In this document: one piece after another, positions 1 through 7,717 of the stretch | Layout of the letters: every line of letters begins with the position of its first letter | Position numbering within the stretch: the first letter of the stretch is position 1 | IMG/VR virus record: IMGVR_UViG_3300037755_000726 | Span: 1-34,160 of that record | DNA length: 34,160 nt | Source of the DNA: a virus | Lineage: Duplodnaviria; Caudoviricetes | Reading direction: 5' to 3' (one strand) | Notes under the pieces: model-generated | Seen by the model: the letters and a program-made list of their open reading frames with translations, nothing else | Databases searched by the model: none | Told to the model about the DNA's origin: nothing | Position numbers and translations under genes: made by a program

Positions 1-228
1 GAGGTGCTGGCGCAGCGCCGCCACCATGTCGCCGGCCCGGTGATGGTGGACATCACCTGTAAGCGCCAGAACGCCGCCAGCGATATCGACAACCGCATAA
101 AGGCATGCCTCGACCTGCTGGTGGAGATGGATCTGATCGACGACGACAAGAACGTGCATGAGGTTCGTGCGCGCTGGGGCGACGTGGCCGGCGCCGTCGT
201 GACCATCGTGCCGGGGGCGCTGGCATGA
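1..228 (+). CDS. rusA: RusA-like Holliday junction resolvase (5' truncated by window edge)
   Basis: DIDNRIKACLDLL...IDDDKNV matches the RusA DxDNxxKxxxD...DD motif; frame is open to base 1. Confidence 0.8.
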   Translation, partial: EVLAQRRHHVAGPVMVDITCKRQNAASDIDNRIKACLDLLVEMDLIDDDKNVHEVRARWGDVAGAVVTIVPGALA

Positions 229-755
229 GAGAAAATCTCTGGACAAAGGCGGCCGACGCCAAGCTGTGCCGTCACTTCGCTGAGGGCCTGAGCGCCAGCA
301 AGATCGGCGAGGCCATGGGCCTGACCAAGAACCAGTGCATTGGCCGGCTGTATCGCCTCGGCCTCAAACGGCCCGAGAAGCAGCCGGCGCACCTGAGGCC
401 CAAGGCGCAGCGGAAACCTGCGGGCGTCGCGAGAGGCCGGCAGCCGAAGGCAACGCTTCCTATGCCTGCCGAGCTCGCCCCGGCGCCGCCGGCGATAAAG
501 GTAAAGCGCGGCAGGCCGGCGGAGAACCGCCACACGCCAGCGCCGCATCCGTCGACCCGCGCCCCGCGCCCGTCCGATTCCATCTGGCGGCCGCGCACCT
601 GCCAATTTCCTGAGGGCGATCCGCGCGAGCCGGACTTTCACTTCTGCGACGCGCCTATCACGCCAGACGGCCGCCCCTACTGCGACGAACACGAGGCGCG
701 CTGCTACACCAAATGGGTTCCCAAGCAACTGAGAGACGCAGGAGAAGCGGCATGA
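225..755 (+). CDS. gcrA: GcrA-family cell-cycle regulator homologue
   Basis: N-terminal WT..D..L...FAEGLSASKIGEAMGLTKNQCIGRLYRLGL HTH; C-terminal CQFPEGDP.EPDFHFC......PYCDEH..CY typical of GcrA. Confidence 0.9.
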   Translation: MRENLWTKAADAKLCRHFAEGLSASKIGEAMGLTKNQCIGRLYRLGLKRPEKQPAHLRPKAQRKPAGVARGRQPKATLPMPAELAPAPPAIKVKRGRPAENRHTPAPHPSTRAPRPSDSIWRPRTCQFPEGDPREPDFHFCDAPITPDGRPYCDEHEARCYTKWVPKQLRDAGEAA

Positions 756-997
756 AGATCAAGGTCAACTATCCGGGCTACTGGGCGCATGGCCGGGTCT
801 ACGAGGCCGAGCGCGAGGACCTGCTGGTGACGCGCCGCGGGTTCATGGGCGATCTTCGGCACTACGCCTGGGGTTCGGCGCCGGCCGCTGAGCACAACAC
901 CGACTCCATCCCCTGCTACATCATCACCAAGGAGGACGGCCAGAAGTTCGCCATCCCCTGCGCGCACGCTGTGGAGCTGGTGGCAGAGGCCGCATGA
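752..997 (+). CDS. Hypothetical phage protein (MKIKVNYPG...)
   Basis: ATGA overlap with gcrA stop, GGAG upstream, ATGA overlap with next gene. Confidence 0.7.
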   Translation: MKIKVNYPGYWAHGRVYEAEREDLLVTRRGFMGDLRHYAWGSAPAAEHNTDSIPCYIITKEDGQKFAIPCAHAVELVAEAA

Positions 998-1344
998 CCG
1001 TCCGCCGCAGCCTCACCCGCCGCGAGAAGGCGGCCATGATCGAAGCACAGCGGGGCTTGTGCGGCTGCGGCTGCGGCCAGGAAGTGACGATGGAGAACGG
1101 CGACGGCGAGCATGGCTTGGCTGTCGGCCTCGGCAACAGCGGCAAGCCCGATGCTGTCTGGCGCCGCGACTGCCACAAACCGAAGTCGGCGGCCGACCTG
1201 AAGATGATCCGCAAGGCCGACCGCCAGCGCAAGGCGCACAGCGGCGAGAAGAAACGCCGTGGTCGCCAGATCCCCAGCCGCCCGCTGACCGACCCCCATT
1301 TCCGCAAGCGCATGAACAGCAAAGTCGAGGCCCGCAATGAGTGA
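994..1344 (+). CDS. HNH-like/zinc-binding endonuclease-family protein (possibly degenerate)
   Basis: LTRREK....AQRGLCGCGCG...EH..A.GLG....DCHKPKS..D...I.K..R pattern of small phage HNH proteins; basic tail. Confidence 0.6.
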   Translation: MTVRRSLTRREKAAMIEAQRGLCGCGCGQEVTMENGDGEHGLAVGLGNSGKPDAVWRRDCHKPKSAADLKMIRKADRQRKAHSGEKKRRGRQIPSRPLTDPHFRKRMNSKVEARNE

Positions 1345-1564
1345 CAAGCCCATCAAACGCGCCCCCATTACGCCCGCGCAGAAACGCTTTCTGGAGGAAA
1401 TGAAGTCCGGTGGGCGGCTCATCCGGGAGGGAAACAGATTTTACCTCAACCACCGAGAGCTGATGAAAGGAACCATCATTTCGATGCTCCGAAAGCGCAT
1501 CATTCGCCCGGCGATAGACGGCGCGTTCGGCCGCTCGCAAACCTACCTGCTAGCGGACAAATGA
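1337..1564 (+). CDS. Hypothetical basic protein
   Basis: GAGG RBS; overlaps both neighbours. Confidence 0.65.
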   Translation: MSDKPIKRAPITPAQKRFLEEMKSGGRLIREGNRFYLNHRELMKGTIISMLRKRIIRPAIDGAFGRSQTYLLADK

Positions 1565-1956
1565 CCGACGACTCGAACATCACGCACCTTCACCCGCGCC
1601 CGCGCGCCGCGTGCACAGGCGAGGACACCGGCCCCGTGAAGCGCCTCGACGGACTGCGCCTCCCCGCCGACCTGGTGGACGGCGATGCGCTGGCGAAGCT
1701 GGGGCTGGGCCGCGGCATCCCCCACAGCGACGGCTCAACCCGAGTCGGCATCAAGACGCTGCGGGAACTGCGGGAGAGGGCGCGTGGCGTCGCCTCAGTA
1801 CAACTCGCGGCCGAACAGCATCGCAAGGCTGCCGGCCTACATTTGGCGGCGGCGGAAGATCTTGACCGGCTCGTCCGCGTCGAGAACGAAACGCTCGCCC
1901 GGCGGCTGGCAGAGATCATCGGCGACGGGCCGGATGAGCCGAAGGGAGCCGCATAG
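1561..1956 (+). CDS. Hypothetical protein
   Basis: ATGA overlap; N-terminal NITHLHPR and C-terminal KGAA are typical of phage small ORFs. Confidence 0.65.
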   Translation: MTDDSNITHLHPRPRAACTGEDTGPVKRLDGLRLPADLVDGDALAKLGLGRGIPHSDGSTRVGIKTLRELRERARGVASVQLAAEQHRKAAGLHLAAAEDLDRLVRVENETLARRLAEIIGDGPDEPKGAA

Positions 1957-1966
1957 GGGATGCTGC

Positions 1967-2263
1967 ATGGCGAGCATATCCGACCTGCTGGACCGGCACG
2001 ACATCAGGCTGAAGAGCCAGGCGCCGGGGAACCACAAATGCGTCTGCCCGAAGTGCAGCCACACCCGGCGCAACAAGCGCGACCCCTGCCTGTCCGTCTG
2101 GATCGGCGATCGCGAGGTCAAATTTCTTTGTCACCACTGCGGACACAAGGGCGCCGACGATGGGCGGGCTGAGCGAGAGGCACCTCAAACTGATCGAAAA
2201 CCGCGGGCTCGACCCCGAGATCGCATCTCGACTTGGAATCGAAACCTGCGCGGATCGTACTGA
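1967..2263 (+). CDS. Stand-alone primase zinc-binding domain (T7 gp4/Twinkle-type ZBD)
   Basis: ATG at 1967 after AGGGGA; CPKCSHTRRNKRDPCLSV...FLCHHCGHKG zinc ribbon. Confidence 0.8.
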   Translation: MASISDLLDRHDIRLKSQAPGNHKCVCPKCSHTRRNKRDPCLSVWIGDREVKFLCHHCGHKGADDGRAEREAPQTDRKPRARPRDRISTWNRNLRGSY

Positions 2264-3614
2264 CCTCGTCCGCATCCCCTACGTGGTCGGCGCCGATACG
2301 GTGAACTGGAAATACCGCACGCTCGACGGCGAGAAGCGGTTCCACCAGGACAAGGACGGCAAGAAGTGCTTCTTCAATTTCAACGTCATCACCGATGCCA
2401 GCCTCGCCAATGAGCCGCTGATCATCACCGAGGGCGAATTCGATGCCCTGGCGGCCCTGCAGGCGGGCTACGCGCGCGTTGTCTCAGTTCCCGATGGTGC
2501 GCCGGCCGAGGCCATCGGCGACGACGACAGGGGCGCCAAGTACTCCTACGTGCGCGATGCCGAGCCGGCCATGCGAGATATCCGGGAAATCATACTCTGC
2601 ACCGACAACGACGGGCCGGGCATCAACCTGATGAACGATCTTGCCGTCAGGCTCGGCAAGGCCCGCTGCAAATGGGTCGTCTACCCGAAGGGCTGCAAGG
2701 ACCTTAACGATGCTCTGCGGCTCTACGGGGCCAAGGGCGTCACCGAGACGCTCAAGCGGGCCCGCTGGGTCAGGGTGGACGGCATCTATCGCATGTCCGA
2801 ACTGCCGCCCATCTCCAGCGCGGCGGCGCATGACTGCGGCATGGCCGAGCTCGGGCGGCACTACAAGCTGCGCCTGGGTGACTTCGCCGTCGTCACCGGC
2901 ATCCCCGGCCACGGAAAAACCTGTTTCGTCACCGACCTCTGCTGCCGCATGGTGCAGGCGCACGGGTGGGACACGGCCTTCGCTGCCTTCGAGACGCAGC
3001 CGCAGATCGACCACCGCCGGATGCTGTCCACCTGGCTGCACCGCAAGCACCCGAACTGGCAGAGCCAGGCCGAGAAGGCCGAAGCGGCGACCTGGATCGA
3101 CCAGCATTTCAGCTTCATCTGCCCGAGCGACGACGACGACGCGACGCTGCCTTGGCTGCTCGAAAAGGCCGCCGCATCGGTGGTGCGCCATGGCGTGCGG
3201 ATCGTCGTCGTCGATCCCTGGAACGAAATGGACCACATGCGGCCGGACGGTGTCTCGCTGACCGAGTACACCGGCATCGCGATCAAGGAATTCCGGCGCT
3301 TCGCCAAGAAGTACCAAGTACATCTTATCGTCGTCGCGCACCCGACCAAGTTACAGAAAGAAAAGGATGGAAGCGTGCCGATGCCGTCGATGTATGACAT
3401 ATCGGACTCGGCCCACTGGGCCAACAAGGCCGACGTCGGCGTGATCGTCCACCGCAAGGATGAGATCAGCACAATCATCCGCGTTGCCAAGTCGCGCTAC
3501 CACGACGAGATCGGCGTGCCTGGACAGTTCGAGGCGCAGTTCGTCCGCGAACAGGGCCGCTACCTGCCGATCGACGACAGCAGCCGGGACCTGTTCCAGG
3601 GAGGCGCAGCATGA
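2160..3614 (+). CDS. TOPRIM primase + SF4 (DnaB/T7 gp4/Twinkle-like) helicase lacking the ZBD
   Basis: ITEGEFDAL, SVPDGA, CTDNDGPG, KDLND TOPRIM motifs; Walker A TGIPGHGKT; VVVDPWN; VAHPTK; DISDSAHWANKAD. Confidence 0.92.
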   Translation: MGGLSERHLKLIENRGLDPEIASRLGIETCADRTDLVRIPYVVGADTVNWKYRTLDGEKRFHQDKDGKKCFFNFNVITDASLANEPLIITEGEFDALAALQAGYARVVSVPDGAPAEAIGDDDRGAKYSYVRDAEPAMRDIREIILCTDNDGPGINLMNDLAVRLGKARCKWVVYPKGCKDLNDALRLYGAKGVTETLKRARWVRVDGIYRMSELPPISSAAAHDCGMAELGRHYKLRLGDFAVVTGIPGHGKTCFVTDLCCRMVQAHGWDTAFAAFETQPQIDHRRMLSTWLHRKHPNWQSQAEKAEAATWIDQHFSFICPSDDDDATLPWLLEKAAASVVRHGVRIVVVDPWNEMDHMRPDGVSLTEYTGIAIKEFRRFAKKYQVHLIVVAHPTKLQKEKDGSVPMPSMYDISDSAHWANKADVGVIVHRKDEISTIIRVAKSRYHDEIGVPGQFEAQFVREQGRYLPIDDSSRDLFQGGAA

Positions 3615-4291
3615 CCCCTCCCTGGATGCCATTTTACGTCGCCGACTACTTGGCCGACACCGGCCACCTGAGCACGGTGGAGCACGGTGCCTACCTCCTG
3701 CTGATCATGCACTACTGGCAGAGCGGAGGGTTGCCGGCGGACGACAAGAAACTTGCCCGCATCACCCGCCTGTCGCCGCGCGAGTGGGCTGCGGTCAAAG
3801 ACACCATCGCCGGCTTCTTCGACGCCAACTGGCGCCACAGTCGCATTGATCACGAGGTAGCAAACGCAGAGGATAAGATCAGCAAACGCAGTGCGGCCGG
3901 TAAGGCAGGCGCAGCGGCGAGGCATGGCAATCGCACTGGCAATCGCACAACAAACGCTAGCCAACCACAACCACAACCACAAACTCCTTCTACGGTTTCT
4001 AAAGAAACCTCCGAAGGGCGCAGCCGCGCCTCGCCGGTTGATCTCTCAGACCCGAACACCCGGCTCTACCACCGCGGCCGAGAGGTGCTTGGCAAGGCAG
4101 CCGGCGGCCAAATCACGAAGCTGCTGGCGGCGCTGGACGGCAGCGTCCCGAAAGCAACGGCTGCCGTCGAGACGGCATCGACCAAAGTCAGCCCTGGCGA
4201 GTATATCGCGGCCATCATCCGCGGCCGGCGCACCGAGGAAGACGAAGCCGCCATCCGCGAGCGCAACATCGCGTCTGGATTGTCGCTGTGA
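3611..4291 (+). CDS. DUF1376/YdaU-family putative replication initiator
   Basis: N-terminal PWMPFYVADYLADTGHLSTVEHGAYLLLIMHYWQ..G.LP.DD..LARI signature; low-complexity linker. Confidence 0.85.
   Translation: MTPPWMPFYVADYLADTGHLSTVEHGAYLLLIMHYWQSGGLPADDKKLARITRLSPREWAAVKDTIAGFFDANWRHSRIDHEVANAEDKISKRSAAGKAGAAARHGNRTGNRTTNASQPQPQPQTPSTVSKETSEGRSRASPVDLSDPNTRLYHRGREVLGKAAGGQITKLLAALDGSVPKATAAVETASTKVSPGEYIAAIIRGRRTEEDEAAIRERNIASGLSL
3859..3984 (+). repeat. Iteron-like repeats (RGCAAWCGCAS x4) plus CAACCA x3, candidate replication origin
   Basis: AGCAAACGCAG at 3859 and 3881; GGCAATCGCAC at 3926 and 3938; CAACCA tandem 3962-3979. Confidence 0.55.
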
Positions 4292-4305
4292 TCGGAGGAT
4301 CGACC

Positions 4306-4488
4306 ATGACCAACATCACCCCGCTCGACACCTTCGCGTCGTGGCACCATGTGGCCTACTTCCTGGCCTTCGAGATGCTGCAGGATGCCCCGCCGGCAGA
4401 CTATGATTGGCGAGCAGCATATCTCGCTCGTTGGACACCCGAGCAGGCTGCTCAAGAGGCGGTCGCACAGCATAGGAGGATGAAGTGA
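4306..4488 (+). CDS. Hypothetical protein
   Basis: GGAGG RBS 7 nt before ATG 4306 (alternative GTG 4288). Confidence 0.65.
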   Translation: MTNITPLDTFASWHHVAYFLAFEMLQDAPPADYDWRAAYLARWTPEQAAQEAVAQHRRMK

Positions 4489-4685
4489 GGGAGACAAAGC
4501 TGCCTGGGCTGAAGGCCGGACACCAGATGATCACACCGACTTGCCGGAAGAATCGGGGGATGACGCCAGCGTTCCTGGAGGCGGCAGAGCGGCTACAGCG
4601 GACATACGACAACTATGCCAGGGGCGAGGGCGCCGAGGGCGTGACTTGGCACTTGGTGCTGATGCGCGAGGAACCCAGCCCATGA
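4485..4685 (+). CDS. Hypothetical protein
   Basis: GTGA overlap, AGGAGG upstream. Confidence 0.65.
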   Translation: MRETKLPGLKAGHQMITPTCRKNRGMTPAFLEAAERLQRTYDNYARGEGAEGVTWHLVLMREEPSP

Positions 4686-5020
4686 CTGACAAACTCCTAC
4701 GCGCCGATGATGTGCTGGCGATGGTGGAGCGCATGATACTCCACTACGAAGAGTGTCGCCGTACCGCCTATGAGCTAGGTGGTAACGAGTGGCAATCTTG
4801 GGCCGCCGCAGCGGAAGCCTTGAACGATGCGCACCAAGAAATCCAGGCCCTCCCGCCCGCCACCCCTGCCGGTGAGGTGGCTGCGCTGCGGGAGGCGTTG
4901 GAGCCGTTCGCTGGGTTCGCAGATCGCGCAGAAAGCGATGCGCTGGACAGCGACTTTTGTGTTGTGAGGCTTGGCGACTGCCGGGCCGCCCGCACCGCCC
5001 TGGAGGGAAAGCCATCATGA
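4682..5020 (+). CDS. Hypothetical protein (MTDKLLRADDV...LREALEPFA...ARTALEG)
   Basis: ATGA overlaps at both ends; C-terminal LREALEPFA..D.R.ARTAL is common in alphaproteobacterial phage ORFs. Confidence 0.7.
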   Translation: MTDKLLRADDVLAMVERMILHYEECRRTAYELGGNEWQSWAAAAEALNDAHQEIQALPPATPAGEVAALREALEPFAGFADRAESDALDSDFCVVRLGDCRAARTALEGKPS

Positions 5021-5217
5021 CCGCCAAGCGTCAGGTCGAGGCCAGGTGGGCGGACAGCCGGGCGCAGCGATGGTTCTTCATGCCCCGCGCTGAAGCCGCC
5101 AGGCTCATCTGGAGGAACAAGCTGGCGGGCCACCGCTGTTACTGGCGGTACGGAGAAACGCACATCGAGTTTGACTGCGCCCACCTCGTGATTCGCAAGA
5201 TGGACCCCGCCCAATGA
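5017..5217 (+). CDS. Hypothetical protein
   Basis: ATGA overlaps; GGAGGG RBS. Confidence 0.65.
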   Translation: MTAKRQVEARWADSRAQRWFFMPRAEAARLIWRNKLAGHRCYWRYGETHIEFDCAHLVIRKMDPAQ

Positions 5218-5486
5218 CTGACCCGTTCTTCGAGTTCGAGCCCGGCTGGTTGCGGCGCGAAGTGGCGAGCGCCCAGCGCCTCATGACGCTTTGGGATCTG
5301 GTGTCTGTGCTCGAGGCGCCTGACGATGCCTTCTTCAAGTGCCTGGATGCCCTGAAGGCGGCAGAGGCGGCCATGTCAATCGTGGAGCCGCGCAGCAACA
5401 AGGCGCAGTACCTGGATGTGCTGGAGCAGGTGCGTGAGGCCATTCGAGGCTACCCCCACCCCCCAACAAAGGAGCCGACAGAATGA
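5214..5486 (+). CDS. Hypothetical protein
   Basis: ATGA overlaps at both ends. Confidence 0.6.
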   Translation: MTDPFFEFEPGWLRREVASAQRLMTLWDLVSVLEAPDDAFFKCLDALKAAEAAMSIVEPRSNKAQYLDVLEQVREAIRGYPHPPTKEPTE

Positions 5487-6049
5487 GCCGGATACACCGT
5501 GACGATGCGATTGAAGAGGCATATTGCTGCCCGTCCGAGCCCAAGGCCACACAGGCGCTCAAGGACTTGGTGCGCGACTACGGCGGCCACGCTTGCGCAG
5601 TCCCGAACTGCGAAATTCACCGACATGCATCCGACTGTGCGCTCCACAACGCGCCAGCGATGAAGCCCGGCCAATGCGACTGCGGCGCCACCCCCGAACC
5701 CCTCTACCCACAGGCAAGGGCCGTGCTGGAGGCTGGGTTGGCGCTGGACGACAACATGGGGCCCTACCGCACTCTCGTTGATCACCGGAACCGCGCCGGC
5801 CCTGCGGCTAACGAGGGATTGCGCCTGCTTATCGCGGCCGTCCTTGCCTACCGCGCCTCCACCCGACCAGAGGGCGTGAGGCCGGAGACACAGGAGTTGG
5901 GGACGCTGTTCCGGCACGTTGGCTGGGGCGACAACCTTGTGTTCACGCTGGTGAAGATCGCCAACGGTGATCTCCGATACATGGACAAATACCATCGCGT
6001 GTTTGAGTTCGAGCCAGATGACCGCATCATCCCCACCAAGGACCAGTAA
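5483..6049 (+). CDS. Hypothetical Cys/His-rich protein (HASDCALHNAPAMKPGQCDCG motif)
   Basis: AAGGAG RBS, ATGA overlap, Cys/His cluster. Confidence 0.7.
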   Translation: MSRIHRDDAIEEAYCCPSEPKATQALKDLVRDYGGHACAVPNCEIHRHASDCALHNAPAMKPGQCDCGATPEPLYPQARAVLEAGLALDDNMGPYRTLVDHRNRAGPAANEGLRLLIAAVLAYRASTRPEGVRPETQELGTLFRHVGWGDNLVFTLVKIANGDLRYMDKYHRVFEFEPDDRIIPTKDQ

Positions 6050-6396
6050 TGGACATGAGCACAGGGCTGCAGCACGTGAAAGACAGGGCGCTCGAGCGGC
6101 ATAATCTGGTGCTCACCACAGCCGATGTGCTTTACTTGGCCTGTCAATGTGAGGCAGGGCAAGGCCTCGTGGTTCGCCGCGCCGACGAGCGCAACCCGAC
6201 GATCCTCATCATCGTCATGATCCGCGGCGCAGCCTTGCCGGTCATCTTCGACCCAGCCCGAGGCCACATCGTCACCGTCCTCCCACGAGCCTACAGCCTC
6301 ACGAGCGGCCGGAAGCAAGGCAAGCCCCTCAAGAGATCCGCACGCCTCACCAGGCTCAAGCGCCGCCTCAGGAAGAGACACGAGGCAACGGCATGA
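6049..6396 (+). CDS. Hypothetical protein with basic C-terminus
   Basis: TAATG overlap; HVKDRALERH...IVTVLP pattern. Confidence 0.65.
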   Translation: MDMSTGLQHVKDRALERHNLVLTTADVLYLACQCEAGQGLVVRRADERNPTILIIVMIRGAALPVIFDPARGHIVTVLPRAYSLTSGRKQGKPLKRSARLTRLKRRLRKRHEATA

Positions 6397-6641
6397 GCGG
6401 GAAGGCAGCGAGGCGGCACGGCCGGCGCCAGCCCTACACGGCACGAGGGGTCAAGAGACTTCCCTGCTGCCGGTGCGGAGAGCCAGCGCACGCATCATGG
6501 TCGGCCTGCGCAGACCAGAACCTCAGCCGTCCCGTCTGCCTCCAATGCGACATAGCCCTGAATGAACTGGCGCTACGCTTCATGCGTGACCCTGAGTGGC
6601 GGCAGAAGATGGCGATGTACCGCCGGGCAAGGCCGCAATGA
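6393..6641 (+). CDS. Small zinc-finger protein (CCRCG...C.....CLQC)
   Basis: ATGA overlap; two CxxC pairs; last gene of the left operon. Confidence 0.7.
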   Translation: MSGKAARRHGRRQPYTARGVKRLPCCRCGEPAHASWSACADQNLSRPVCLQCDIALNELALRFMRDPEWRQKMAMYRRARPQ

Positions 6642-6741
6642 AGGGCAACACGAGAGAGGGGGATGCGTCCCGTAGGCGCGCTGGCCAGCCGGGCGCGGGG
6701 CGGGTTTCGTTGCGGATGCGTAACAAATCCATGCCCCCTGG

Positions 6742-6966
6742 TAAGTCATTGATCTTGTGTCCATGCTGCAGTGCGATTTACCATAATGCTAATTATCGGC
6801 GCTTGGTTATGCAACGATATCAATCACTTAGGGTTATGCTGCGGTGCACACAGGGCAGAATGCCCTACCTGATGCGCCCTCGTGCTGCGGTGCGGGGTGG
6901 AAACGCTGGTGTCTCCTAGAATATGCAGGTATATCAACGGCTTGGTGTCATGCTGCGGTGCACCAT
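6742..6966. promoter_or_regulatory. Array of IHF-like boxes and RTGCTGCRGTGC repeats upstream of terminase (candidate packaging/late control site)
   Basis: WATCAANNNNTTR at 6818-6830 and 6932-6944, near match on - strand at 6742-6754; RTGCTGCRGTGC at 6763, 6836, 6882, 6950. Confidence 0.55.
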
Positions 6967-7189
6967 GGGAATCATATCCGGTTCGGCACACCCCCCGGCC
7001 TGGGGCACGGGTCCAGGGGTCCCACGCTCTCACATCACACTTCAAAACAGCGCCGGTGGTCGGGTTGTTTCGGTCTATCGGGCCATCCTGCCTACCGGTG
7101 GTTGCGCAATTCGGGTTCCGAGAGGGTCTCGGCCCGTGATTTTTGGCATTTTCGCATCCTGACGTTGAAAAAGGGAGTTTGAGGCCCCG

Positions 7190-7717
7190 ATGCCGAAGGT
7201 TCAGACCAACGTTTTGACGCCCCGTGAGGCTGAGGCTGTGCGGCTTCACGAGGAGAAGGGGCTGACGTGGGCCGAGATGGCGGCCGTTACGGGGATGGGG
7301 GCGGCGAATTGCCAGGACGCGTACCGGAAGGCGTCGCGGAAGCTGAAGCGGATCAAGGAGGGGGAGCAGAGCGGGGCTGTGCTTCACGGGCGCAGCGAGG
7401 GGGAGGTGAAGAAGCTGGGGGTGGTGACGGACCAGATGATCAGCGAGCGGATGGACCGCATGATCATCAAGGGGCTGTACTACCTGGAGCACCATCCGGA
7501 GATTTGGGCGCGGGCGGGCGTGCGGGAGCTCACGCAGGCGATCGCCAGCCTGACCGAGAAGCGGCAGCTGCTGCGCGGGGAGGCGACGAGCATTGTGAGG
7601 CATGAGGACGTGCGGACGTTGGACGATCTGACAAATCTGGTGAAGAACGAGCTCGAGCGGCGGCAGCGGGCGATCGACGCGGACCCGCTGGTGGGGAGGC
7701 GTGGTGATGAAGGCTGA
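7190..7717 (+). CDS. terS: Putative terminase small subunit with N-terminal sigma-region-4-like HTH
   Basis: LTPREAEAVRL..EKGLTWAEMAAVTG HTH; EKRQLLRGEATSIV is TerS-like; directly upstream of TerL. Confidence 0.7.
   Translation: MPKVQTNVLTPREAEAVRLHEEKGLTWAEMAAVTGMGAANCQDAYRKASRKLKRIKEGEQSGAVLHGRSEGEVKKLGVVTDQMISERMDRMIIKGLYYLEHHPEIWARAGVRELTQAIASLTEKRQLLRGEATSIVRHEDVRTLDDLTNLVKNELERRQRAIDADPLVGRRGDEG

Noticed and set aside
1335-1355. 20/21-nt match CAATGAGYGACAAGCCCATCA shared with 33774-33794 (both genes start MSDKPI)
   Set aside because: Similarity does not extend and the genes are unrelated; not a terminal repeat or att site on present evidence
7079-7150. GGGCCAT at ~7080 and hairpin CGGG..CCGAGA-GGG-TCTCGG-CCCG + TGATTTTT as a fourth switch copy
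   Set aside because: Inner triplets (CCT/CCG) do not pair, AGCCC is missing, and the hairpin does not overlap the motif; at most a weak terminator
6596-7182. ORFs predicted in the pre-terminase gap (6596-6919, 6844-7182, 6882-7139, 6923-7162)
   Set aside because: Atypical composition, mutually overlapping, and better explained as a non-coding repeat region
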